A DNA stretch of 64,000 nt from Planctomycetota bacterium. Its GTDB lineage: Bacteria > Planctomycetota > UBA1135 > UBA2386. Made by a program: the position numbers and the translations under genes. The DNA is taken from NCBI GenBank assembly GCA_965223545.1, contig OZ245006.1, positions 3,424,001 to 3,488,000 on the forward strand, given 5' to 3'. The first letter of the stretch is position 1. Each line of letters begins with the position of its first letter. Below the pieces are notes generated by a model. The model did no database searches. It saw nothing but the letters and a program-made list of their open reading frames with translations, and was not told the DNA's origin. Of this stretch, positions 17,783 through 26,748 are shown piece after piece.

Positions 17783-20203
17783 TCAGCGGGACCCCGCCGG
17801 CGGATCCTCCACCGCGGCCAAGCACGCGTCCAGCTGCGCGGCGAGGTCGGCGACCACCGGCTCTCGACAGATGCGGTGATGCAAGCCGGCGACGGTGCGC
17901 ACTTCGAACGGTCGCTCCGTCCACCGTTCCCAACCGAGCTGCGGGGACGGCGCCACTCCCACCGGCTGGGTCGCGCCCACGAACAGCACGACGTGACCGT
18001 CGTACGGAACCACGCGGTAGCCGGCCAACGCCTCCTCGTTGGCGGCGCGAATGCGCCGGTTGAGCTCCGGGACGGGCGCCGCCCGGCGGCCGACCACGCC
18101 GGCCACCGCGCCGCGGCAGGCCTTGACCGCCAGCGACCCGACATAGCGCCAGCGGTCGAACCCGCGGCGGAAAGCAAAGCTGCTGGCGCAGTGCTGCAGG
18201 TGGTGCACACAACCGTAGAGCCACTGCCGGCCCGGCCCCGTGCCCGGTGGATACTCGAAGTAGCCCGGCGCCCAGGTGTCCAACAAGCCGACCAGCGAGG
18301 TCCGCTCGCCCTGCGCCAAGAGCTGCTGCGCAATCTCATAGGCGACCACTCCACCAAACGACGCTCCCGCGATCCGGTACGGCCCGTGGGACTGCACTCC
18401 GCGCACGATCTCGAGGTAGTCCGCCGCCATCTCCCGCAGGTCGTGATGCAACGGGGCGCGGCCATCGAGCCCCCGCGGTTGTAGGCAGTAGACCGGCAGG
18501 TCGACCGGCAGACGCCGCACGAGATCCCGGTAGTAGAGCACGTTGCTCGCGATGTGATGGATCAAGAACAACGGGGGGCGCGCGCCCGTGGTGCGCGCCG
18601 CCACCAGCGGCGCCCGCGAACCGAGCTCGCCGGCGGGTCTCGGTGCGCGCGCCCGCCGGTCCAACGCCGCGACGATGCCGGTCACCGTGGGCGCCGAGAA
18701 CAGGACACCCAGCGGCACCGCGACGCCGGTCTCCGCCTCGATGCGGGCCAGGGCCGACAGCGCGACGCGCGACGAACCGCCCAACGCCGTCAAGTCCTCG
18801 TCGACCGCCACCTCCACCACCCCCAACGCCTCCGCCCAGATCCGGGCGACCAACGCGTGCCGGTCTTCGCGCCGCGCAGCTTCGTGGATGGAGACGTGCC
18901 GCGGCGCGCCAGCGAGGTCGCCTACCGCAACCGCCGGTGCCGCGCAGCCCTCGTCGAGCACCCGTCCCACGAGGGCCGCGAGCTCCTGCACCGCGGCGTC
19001 GTCGAAGTGGGCGGGAGCATGCACGGCGATCCGCAGGCCCGCGGGCCCGTCGTCCACTTGCAACGTCAGCGCCGCAACGGCGCCGGCTGCGGCGAACGCG
19101 AACGGCCGCCAACCGCGCGGTAGGGGACTCGTCGGCCGAGCCTCGGAATGAAAGACAAGCCACGCCGTACACGGCTCGGGATCGACGCCGGCACCGTCGC
19201 GCAGCGCGTCGATGACCATGCTCCACGGCACATCCTGATAGGGATGGGAGCGGTAGTAGGCCCGCCCCGTGGCGGCCACCAGATCGCCGAAGGCGATCGC
19301 GTCCTCCAGCTCGCCAACCAGAGCAACGGTGTTGGTGAACGTTCCGACGACTGCCTCGCTGCGGACGTCGCGACCGGCGACGGGCGTGGCCAACGCGATT
19401 CGGCTGCCCGCTCCGGCAGCGCGCAGCGCGACCTGCCAGGCCGCGGCAAAGGTGGCGAACGGAGTTACGCGGCGGGCACGCGCCAGCGCGGCCACCGCGC
19501 CAGCGGTCGACGGCGCGAGCCGCACCGCAACGCGCAGCGGACCGCCAGGCGATGCGCTGGTGCGCAGCCCGGCGCGCTGCACGCCGGGACGCAGCTGCCG
19601 CACCCAGTGGTCGAGGTGCCCGGGGTCCACGCGCGCGGAACGGTTCGCACGCGCGAAGGCCAGATAGCTCTGCGCCGGCGCGGGCCGGAGCGGCGTACGA
19701 CCCGCGACGCACTCTCCGTAGGCGAACACCAAGTCGTCCGTGAGCAGCCGCAGCGACCAGGCATCGGCAGCGATGGCGTGCACCACGATCAGTAGTGCGT
19801 GCGCTCCTCCGTCGAGCGCATCCACGCGCCACCGCCACGGCGGGCCGCCGTCGAGGGCGATGGGCGCGGCCAACGCCGCGGACCACGACCGCTCCAGCTC
19901 CGCCTGTGAGCGCCTCGGTCCGCCGACACCCTCGTCCGCGGGAACCACCGCCCCGCCATCCCACTGCCGCGGCTCGCCCGGCGCCCCGCCGACTCGAAGA
20001 CGCAGCGCGTCGTGCCGTTCCACCAACCACAGCAACGCTCGCCGCAGGGCGCCGACATCCAACCGCCCCTCGATGTAGAGACCGATGGGCCGGTTGTGGA
20101 TCTCGGGCGCCGCCGCCTCCTGCAAGTGCCGCCACACCAAGTCCTGCGCCCACGACAAGGGGGCCGCGCCATCGGCTGCCTGATCCACGGTGCGGTCTCG
20201 CAC
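17783..20203 (-). CDS. Stand-alone NRPS-like protein: condensation - carrier (T) - thioesterase, with no adenylation domain
   Basis: PLSWAQ, RHDALR, VHAIAADAWS (degenerate HHxxxDG), VGTFTNTV and QDVPW; T domain LGGSS; TE GPYRIAGASFGG and LLDT with His in GLHH. GTG start near 20203 is an estimate. Confidence 0.85.
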   Translation of the reverse strand: MRDRTVDQAADGAAPLSWAQDLVWRHLQEAAAPEIHNRPIGLYIEGRLDVGALRRALLWLVERHDALRLRVGGAPGEPRQWDGGAVVPADEGVGGPRRSQAELERSWSAALAAPIALDGGPPWRWRVDALDGGAHALLIVVHAIAADAWSLRLLTDDLVFAYGECVAGRTPLRPAPAQSYLAFARANRSARVDPGHLDHWVRQLRPGVQRAGLRTSASPGGPLRVAVRLAPSTAGAVAALARARRVTPFATFAAAWQVALRAAGAGSRIALATPVAGRDVRSEAVVGTFTNTVALVGELEDAIAFGDLVAATGRAYYRSHPYQDVPWSMVIDALRDGAGVDPEPCTAWLVFHSEARPTSPLPRGWRPFAFAAAGAVAALTLQVDDGPAGLRIAVHAPAHFDDAAVQELAALVGRVLDEGCAAPAVAVGDLAGAPRHVSIHEAARREDRHALVARIWAEALGVVEVAVDEDLTALGGSSRVALSALARIEAETGVAVPLGVLFSAPTVTGIVAALDRRARAPRPAGELGSRAPLVAARTTGARPPLFLIHHIASNVLYYRDLVRRLPVDLPVYCLQPRGLDGRAPLHHDLREMAADYLEIVRGVQSHGPYRIAGASFGGVVAYEIAQQLLAQGERTSLVGLLDTWAPGYFEYPPGTGPGRQWLYGCVHHLQHCASSFAFRRGFDRWRYVGSLAVKACRGAVAGVVGRRAAPVPELNRRIRAANEEALAGYRVVPYDGHVVLFVGATQPVGVAPSPQLGWERWTERPFEVRTVAGLHHRICREPVVADLAAQLDACLAAVEDPPAGSR

Positions 20204-20270
20204 GCCTTCACCGTAGCAGCTCACGGCGACCGCGCCGCCCCACGGCGCGCGCACGCCGTAGACTGCAGCA

Positions 20271-21596
20271 GTGCCCTCGGATCCCCCGCCCGCGCCTCCG
20301 CCGCGCCCAGCGCCCGCGGAGCACGAACGCCTGGCCGGTTTGGCGCGGCGCTTCGGCACTCCTCTCTATGTCATCGATGAGGCCACGCTCCGCGCCAACG
20401 CGCGCAGCGCACGCGCGGCGCTCCAAGCGGCGGCCGACGACGTCGAGGTCTACTTCTCGTACAAGACCAACCCGCTGCTGGCAGTGCTGCGCATCCTGCG
20501 CGACGAGGGGCTCGGCGCCGAGGTCATCTCCGCGCACGAGGCCTGGCTCGCCCAACAGGTCGGGGTCCCGGCCGAGCGCGTGATCGTCAACGGCCCGGTC
20601 AAGCCGCCGGCGCTCCTCGAACACGCCCTCCAGCACCGCACCCGCGCGGTTTTCGTCGACTCGACCGATGAGCTCGAGACGCTGATCGCCCTCGCCGGCA
20701 CGCGCCCCCGACCGCTGCCGGTCGGCCTCCGCATCGCGCCGCGCATGGGCTGGCGCGCGCACTTCGGCTTCACTCCCACCGCGGCGCTGACCGCGGCGTC
20801 CGTGATCCGCGCCAGCCCGGCTCTCGAGTTGGCCGGCCTCTCGGTGCACCTCGGCACCAACATCGGCACCACCGCGCCGTACGAACGCGCCGTGCGCGAC
20901 CTGGTCGCCCTGATGGCGGAGCTGCGCCCGCGCGGTGCACCGATTCGAATGCTGGATCTGGGTGGCGGCTTCGGCGTCCCGGCGGTGCGCTCCCTGCGCC
21001 GCACGCAGCGCTGGCGCCTCAAACTCCGCGGCCGACTGCCACCTCTCGCCTCTCACCCACACCCGCCGACCGCGCCCGAGTTCGCGGCCGCGATCCGCAC
21101 CGCCCTGCGCACCGCGCTCGCCCGGCACGCAATCCCCGAACCCACCCTCCTGTTCGAACCGGGCCGGCTGGTGACCTCCTCGGCGCAGACCCTGCTGGCC
21201 CGCGTGCACGCCGTCAAGCACACAGCGGGCACGCCGACGGCCGTGACCGACGTCGGCGCCATGTGTGTGGCACCGATCCTGGCCAAAGAAGAACACCGCA
21301 TCGAGAAGATCGGCGCCGGCCCGCCGGGAACGCGGCGCCAGCACCACATCGTCGGCCCGCTTTGCACGCCCGCCGACCGCCTACCGGTTCCCGCGTGGCT
21401 CCCACCGCTGCAAGCCGGCGATCTCTTGGCCATCGCGGACGCCGGAGCGTACTTCACTCCGACCGAGAATCGGTTCGGGCCACCGCCACCGGCCTGCGTA
21501 ATGGTCGGGCCGGATGGCGAGGCGTGTTTGGTGCGCCGGCAGGAAAGCGACGACGACCGAGTGGTGACCCAGCAACAGGAACCCCGCGCGCCTTAG
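20271..21596 (+). CDS. Fold-type III PLP-dependent decarboxylase (LysA/BtrK-like)
   Basis: GTPLYVID, FSYKTNP (PLP Lys), NGPVK, HLGTNI, DLGGGFG, FEPGR, GPLCTPAD and DAGAY. Confidence 0.85.
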   Translation: MPSDPPPAPPPRPAPAEHERLAGLARRFGTPLYVIDEATLRANARSARAALQAAADDVEVYFSYKTNPLLAVLRILRDEGLGAEVISAHEAWLAQQVGVPAERVIVNGPVKPPALLEHALQHRTRAVFVDSTDELETLIALAGTRPRPLPVGLRIAPRMGWRAHFGFTPTAALTAASVIRASPALELAGLSVHLGTNIGTTAPYERAVRDLVALMAELRPRGAPIRMLDLGGGFGVPAVRSLRRTQRWRLKLRGRLPPLASHPHPPTAPEFAAAIRTALRTALARHAIPEPTLLFEPGRLVTSSAQTLLARVHAVKHTAGTPTAVTDVGAMCVAPILAKEEHRIEKIGAGPPGTRRQHHIVGPLCTPADRLPVPAWLPPLQAGDLLAIADAGAYFTPTENRFGPPPPACVMVGPDGEACLVRRQESDDDRVVTQQQEPRAP

Positions 21597-21601
21597 ATCG
21601 A

Positions 21602-24007
21602 TCATCGCAACCGATCGACCACGACGACGACCGTCTCTGTGTGCCCCGGCTCGACAGATCCCTTGGCCACGAAGTCACCAACGATTCGATCGACGTCGCG
21701 GCCGGGGGTCGCACTGAGCTCGAATGGGCCCGACATCACCGGCACGGAAACCCTCCCGGTTGCTCCGGTCATCAGCCCCGAGAGCCACCGCCGCTCGGCG
21801 CCGGTGTAGACATCCAACGGAAGCGCTGGCACGGCCTGTCCGTCCGCATCCTCGACCAGAATCTCCAACTTCGCGTCGAACGGGTTGCTGACCACCACGG
21901 GATCTCCGGTGGGCACTTCGAACCCTACTTCGACGGGCTCGGCGCAGCCTTCGAATACCGCAGCGACACGGTAGCTTCCTGGAAACAGGTGCGTCAGCTC
22001 ATAGGAGCCCGCGCACGCGACGGCGGGGCCACCGCACCTCCAGCCACTCCCACCGAGTCCGGCGAAGTCGGAACCCATCAAGAACAACCGCGCGTCCGCC
22101 GCCTGGCCCTTGCTGTCCGTCGTTCGCACAGTGACAGAATGCTCACCCAGGGCCAGGTCCACACTGTCATCGCCCGCCGGCGGCGGAACGAACCAATGCA
22201 CTCCATTCACCACGAGCCGGAGCGCCGCTGCAGTCCCCAGCGCCTCCCGCTTCGCGGGCACCGCAAATTCACCAAACTCCCGTGTCGTCGCTACGGATCC
22301 CTGAAACGAAACCTGGACGCCAGGAACGCCGGAGTTCCCCCGAACGACTCGCCCTCGAATCACGCTCGCCTCCTTCATCGTGATTTCCGTCAGGTCCAGC
22401 CAGCTGCTGCGGCCTGCCACCACTTCAATGCGGGCCAACTCGCACCAGGCTCCATCGCTCGCGTTCCGTGGAATCTCGTACACCGTGTACCAACCCGGCT
22501 GGGCTGCCGTCAGCATGAATCTCCCGTCCGCTCCAATGACGGCAGCTCTACGCACCCCACCTTCATCGCGCGCAAACACCAAGCAGTACCAGGAACTCGG
22601 GTGCAGGCCAATGACCGCTCCTCCCCGATCCAATCGAAAGTCGACGACACGCTCTTCGGCAGTCAGACTGAGCGGCCCTTGCAGGGCGCGCTCCAACCCC
22701 GGCGACTCAACAACCGCCAAGTATGCGCCGTCCTTCAAGGCCGGGACTCCGTAGGCACCTTCCGAGTCTGTCACAGCCTCGGTCCATTCTCCGAATTCGA
22801 ACATCTGCTCGCCTTCCACCGGCACACCCAGGCGTTCCTCGATGCGCTCCAACCCAGTTCTCTCGCCCCACCGCCGCACGCGCACGCTGGCGCCCTCCAC
22901 GGGCTCACCGTCAGGGCCACGGACCACCCCCGTCATCGACGCTCCAGCGATCACCGCTACGACGACGTCGCGCTGTTCGCCCGCCTCGATCTCGACGAAA
23001 TCCACCGATGGCTTCACCTCGAACACTCCTTCTCGCCTGTCGACACCCGTGAGAGTGAACCAACCAGCCGGCAACTCCAAAGTTGCAGCTCCGTCTACCA
23101 TGGGCGCCTGCCAACTGACGCCGGCCTCCTCGGCGCGATGCGGCAACGCGACGACGCCAGTGCAAGGCGCGCTGCCCGCTGCGAGTCGCACCTTCAGCAC
23201 GCCAGGTTCCGCCAATGTGACCGGCCAGGCTTTGATGCCCTCCTGCACTCGCTGAACGCTGCTTGCGTGCAGCGTTTCGATCACTCGCATGCCCACGCGA
23301 TGGCCAGATCTAGCCAAGATGACGCCGTCCCGCATGATCACGCCATCGAGGCGCACGGATCCCGGCACTACACTCTCCAACCTCGCGAACCCGGAGAACG
23401 CCCGGTGGGACCAGGGCATCGCATTCCCGTGCACTTCGATACTCGCCCGATCAGCTCTTGGCCCCCGCACATGCACGACCAAACCGCTCATCGCGGGCCT
23501 CTCGGTCACGCGCACGACATGGCGGTTGTCTGATTCCCGCAACAACCACTCGGCACGCCCAACGCGCCCGTCGGAAGTGCGCGCGACGACGGTGTAGACC
23601 CCAACCGCCAAGCCATCGATCCGAAAGCTGCCGTCCTGAGTACTGCGTGCCCTCCTGTCCTGGCCATCTCCGCGGGAGCCAAATGGCCCCAGGACCACGT
23701 CGACGTCTTCCACCGCACGCCCGCTGTGGTCCTCGACACGCCCCGTAAGCGACGCAAGCACACCTTCGACGATCCAAGGGATCGGCCTGCTCTCCCCGGC
23801 GGCGTCGACTGCCGACACCCGCGTGTTCTCCACGGCCTGCTCCGTCGGCAGCTGCTCTTCCAGCACCTGGTCAGCCACAGTCGCAACCTTGTCGGTCGCA
23901 TCCTGTGCCAGCTCAGGTGGGCGCTCACCGATCAACCCCCAGACTCCGATCAAAACAACCAGAACCACCATGGATGCCGCCGCGAACCACAGGAACTGCG
24001 CTCTCAT
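21602..24007 (-). CDS. Membrane-anchored carboxypeptidase-regulatory-like multi-repeat protein
   Basis: N-terminal TM; repeats LTGRVEDHSGRAVEDV..DGSFRIDGLAVGVYTV, MTGVVRGPDGEPVEGASV..TDSEGAY and LFPGSYRV. Visibly more A/T-rich codons than its neighbours. Confidence 0.75.
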   Translation of the reverse strand: MRAQFLWFAAASMVVLVVLIGVWGLIGERPPELAQDATDKVATVADQVLEEQLPTEQAVENTRVSAVDAAGESRPIPWIVEGVLASLTGRVEDHSGRAVEDVDVVLGPFGSRGDGQDRRARSTQDGSFRIDGLAVGVYTVVARTSDGRVGRAEWLLRESDNRHVVRVTERPAMSGLVVHVRGPRADRASIEVHGNAMPWSHRAFSGFARLESVVPGSVRLDGVIMRDGVILARSGHRVGMRVIETLHASSVQRVQEGIKAWPVTLAEPGVLKVRLAAGSAPCTGVVALPHRAEEAGVSWQAPMVDGAATLELPAGWFTLTGVDRREGVFEVKPSVDFVEIEAGEQRDVVVAVIAGASMTGVVRGPDGEPVEGASVRVRRWGERTGLERIEERLGVPVEGEQMFEFGEWTEAVTDSEGAYGVPALKDGAYLAVVESPGLERALQGPLSLTAEERVVDFRLDRGGAVIGLHPSSWYCLVFARDEGGVRRAAVIGADGRFMLTAAQPGWYTVYEIPRNASDGAWCELARIEVVAGRSSWLDLTEITMKEASVIRGRVVRGNSGVPGVQVSFQGSVATTREFGEFAVPAKREALGTAAALRLVVNGVHWFVPPPAGDDSVDLALGEHSVTVRTTDSKGQAADARLFLMGSDFAGLGGSGWRCGGPAVACAGSYELTHLFPGSYRVAAVFEGCAEPVEVGFEVPTGDPVVVSNPFDAKLEILVEDADGQAVPALPLDVYTGAERRWLSGLMTGATGRVSVPVMSGPFELSATPGRDVDRIVGDFVAKGSVEPGHTETVVVVVDRLR

Positions 24008-24021
24008 TGTCTTACCTCGTC

Positions 24022-25515
24022 CTATGTGTTTTTACCTGACGACGTGCCTGGCAAGACGCTCGAAATAGCAGCACACGCATCGCGGTAACGCTCTGCGGTG
24101 CGGGCCACTCCCCATTGCAGCAGGAAGGAACGCGGCGCGCCGGCGGCGCTCGGCGGTCGCCACCAGCCGCGCGCGGCGCCCGCAGCGGCCACGCGACCCA
24201 GACTCGCAGCGCTCCACTCACCGACCGTCACCCGCGCACGCGCGGCCAGCGGCGCATGCGCGCGCACGAAATCCTCGTAGTCAGCGCGGCTGTGCGCGCC
24301 CAGCTGCGCGGGCCCGCGCAGTGCGGAGCCGCCGCCCCACTTGCGCTGGCCGAACAGCGCGTCGGCGACGCCGGCGTCGCGGAGAATGCGGCGCGCGATC
24401 GGCCGGTCGTAGCGGCCGCCGATGCGCGCGGGTCGCATCGCTTCGGCCCGCGCCAGCGCGGTGATCGCGGCGGCCCACTGCGCGCCGTAGTGCAAGGGCG
24501 CGAGCTGGATCGCCGGCAGGGCGAGGCCGAACTCGGTGAAGCCGACGCCGCCGAGGCCGCCGAAGGTGCGTTGCGCCAGGTCGGGGCGCAGCCGGGGCTC
24601 GAGGCCGAGGATGTCGTCGCCGAAGATGCCGGTGAGCACCAGCCGGCCGCGCAGCACGTCTTCGAACGAGGCGAAGCCGACCGGAGCGCCGCGGGGGTTG
24701 ACGGCGAACTGGGCCTCGGGGAGATCGCGGCGGTCGCGGTAGGCGTCGCGCGGCCGACCGACCACCTCGAGACCGAGCGCGGCGCCGACGTCAGCGCCAC
24801 TGTCCGCCGGCACGTCGTCGTAGGTGAACGCTTGTCGGAGCCCGTATGGTCGCGCCAGCGCGGCGACGGCGTTGCAGTCGTAGCCGGCGGACAGGGTGGC
24901 GATTGGCTCGTAGCGCCGCTGGCGGCCGGCGGCCACGGCGTTGTCCAGCACGCGGCCGATGCAGGCGGAGAGTTCCGCGATGTACGCGTCGACATCGCCG
25001 GGCACCGGCGGCTGTCGCTTGCGCTGCCACGCCGGCGGCGAAGGCGGCGCAAAGACCACGTTGACGAACTCGAACAGCTGCAGCTGCCCGCGATGGGTCG
25101 GCACGGAGCGCTCACCGCGGTAGATCCCCGCGCGCACTTGGGCCAAGTGGTCGAGGGCATAGCGATCGCGCTCGATGCAGAGTGCGTCGCCGGCAGCGCA
25201 GAGCGCGAACACCGACGAGTTGGAGATCCACCATCGCTGCGCGTCGCCGGCGACATAGAGCCGATCGCACAAGTTGCTCCCGGCAGCCGCCCACAGAGCG
25301 CCGTCGCGCAGCTCCAACGCGGTGCCGGCGAGCAGCACGGCATCGACCGGGGACGAATCCGCGAAAGGCCCGTCCCAGACTCCGGCGACCAAGCCGTTGG
25401 CGCGCCGCTCCACCGCTGCGCCGTGGGTGACGTGGACCGTGGCATCGCCGTCTTGCAGCTGCGCACACCAGGCCAGCGGCGGCAACGTCGGACAGAGCTC
25501 GAGGACCAAGCGCAC
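24022..25515 (-). CDS. Hypothetical protein with an asparagine-synthetase-like PP-loop
   Basis: ATLSAGYDCNAVAALA resembles LSGGxDS; VLTGIFGDDI resembles the Asn-synthase LTGxGGDE motif; YDRPIARRIL. Confidence 0.6.
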   Translation of the reverse strand: MRLVLELCPTLPPLAWCAQLQDGDATVHVTHGAAVERRANGLVAGVWDGPFADSSPVDAVLLAGTALELRDGALWAAAGSNLCDRLYVAGDAQRWWISNSSVFALCAAGDALCIERDRYALDHLAQVRAGIYRGERSVPTHRGQLQLFEFVNVVFAPPSPPAWQRKRQPPVPGDVDAYIAELSACIGRVLDNAVAAGRQRRYEPIATLSAGYDCNAVAALARPYGLRQAFTYDDVPADSGADVGAALGLEVVGRPRDAYRDRRDLPEAQFAVNPRGAPVGFASFEDVLRGRLVLTGIFGDDILGLEPRLRPDLAQRTFGGLGGVGFTEFGLALPAIQLAPLHYGAQWAAAITALARAEAMRPARIGGRYDRPIARRILRDAGVADALFGQRKWGGGSALRGPAQLGAHSRADYEDFVRAHAPLAARARVTVGEWSAASLGRVAAAGAARGWWRPPSAAGAPRSFLLQWGVARTAERYRDACAAISSVLPGTSSGKNT

Positions 25516-25574
25516 GGACGGATCGGCCCAGCATAGCGAAGGCCGCCGCTGGTAGACTGGACGTTCGAGCAGAC

Positions 25575-26732
25575 ATGCCGGCCGCCGAACGCCGTGATTC
25601 TCCGCCCACCGGCGCCGAGCGGCGCCGCTATCTGCGCCTTACGCAGGAAGTGTTCGTGCGGTGCCAAGCGCACATCGACGGCGGCGACGAGCAGGTCTTC
25701 GTCTACCCGGACCGACAGGGGTGGCGCCGCCGCCTGGCGGAGGTCGAGGAGTATTGGCGCCGGCAGCTGCCGTGGTTCGGGATGCGCGTCGACGAAGGGC
25801 CGGCAGGAACGCTGCACCTCGTCAGCGCCGGCGACGCGCGAACCGCGCACTACCTCCGTGCGTTGGCCCACCGGAGCGGCCAGCACCACGATCTCGACCG
25901 CGTCCTCCGCTCGCAGCTGACGGTGAGCGGCAGGGCAGCGTCGCGCCTGCAGCGCGGGTGGCGCCGCTGCACGCAGGGGCTGCGCCAGCTCCCGCAGTTC
26001 TTGGTCATCGGCGCGGCGAAGGCGGGGACCGGCTTTCTCTACCACGCGCTGACCCAACACCCCGAGGTGATCGGGGGCTGGAGCAAGGAGGCGTACTTCT
26101 TCGACCACGGCTTCGCGCGCGGCCTCGGCGCGTACCGGGCCCACTTCCCGCTGCGCACCAGGGGGCGCCGGCTCACGGGCGAAGCCACCCCATGCTACTT
26201 GTTCCATCCCCACGCCCCGCGCAGGGTCGCGGCCACGCTCGCCGAGGTCCGCGTCATCGTGCTGCTGCGCAACCCGGTCGACCGCGCCTACTCCGACTAC
26301 AGCCAGGCGCGGCGCATGGGGCGCGAGCCCCTGTCGTTCGAGGCCGCCCTCGATGCCGAACCAGCGCGCACCGAGGGCGAGCTCGAACGCATGCTCGCCG
26401 ATGAGGCGTACTTCGCCGCCAACCGATGGCACCACTCCTACTGTGGGCGCGGCCGCTACGCCGAGCAGCTCGAGCGCTGGTTCGCCCATCTGCCGCGGGC
26501 GCACTTCTTGGTGCTGCGCAGCGAAGATCTGTTCACCGCACCACGACGTGCCGCGGCCCGCGTCGCCGCGTTCTTGCAGATCGCCCCATGGCAGTTCGCC
26601 GAGACCCGCCGCAACTCGGTGCCGTACCCGCCGATGCCCGCCGGCGTGCGCACCCGCCTCGTCGAGCACTTTCGGCCGCACAACGAGCGGCTGGCGCGGC
26701 TGCTCGGCGAACCCGTGGACTGGGATCGGTGA
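25575..26732 (+). CDS. PAPS-dependent sulfotransferase with an N-terminal extension of about 130 aa
   Basis: FLVIGAAKAGT (5'-PSB), KEAYFFD, GEATPCY, LRNPVDRAYSDY (3'-PB) and GRYAEQLERW. Confidence 0.85.
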   Translation: MPAAERRDSPPTGAERRRYLRLTQEVFVRCQAHIDGGDEQVFVYPDRQGWRRRLAEVEEYWRRQLPWFGMRVDEGPAGTLHLVSAGDARTAHYLRALAHRSGQHHDLDRVLRSQLTVSGRAASRLQRGWRRCTQGLRQLPQFLVIGAAKAGTGFLYHALTQHPEVIGGWSKEAYFFDHGFARGLGAYRAHFPLRTRGRRLTGEATPCYLFHPHAPRRVAATLAEVRVIVLLRNPVDRAYSDYSQARRMGREPLSFEAALDAEPARTEGELERMLADEAYFAANRWHHSYCGRGRYAEQLERWFAHLPRAHFLVLRSEDLFTAPRRAAARVAAFLQIAPWQFAETRRNSVPYPPMPAGVRTRLVEHFRPHNERLARLLGEPVDWDR

Positions 26733-26748
26733 CGCATCCGCGCCTCGC

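Noticed and set aside
20271..21596. Assigning the gene symbol lysA
   Set aside because: Substrate-determining motifs differ from canonical LysA (CTPAD versus CESGD) and the context is biosynthetic.
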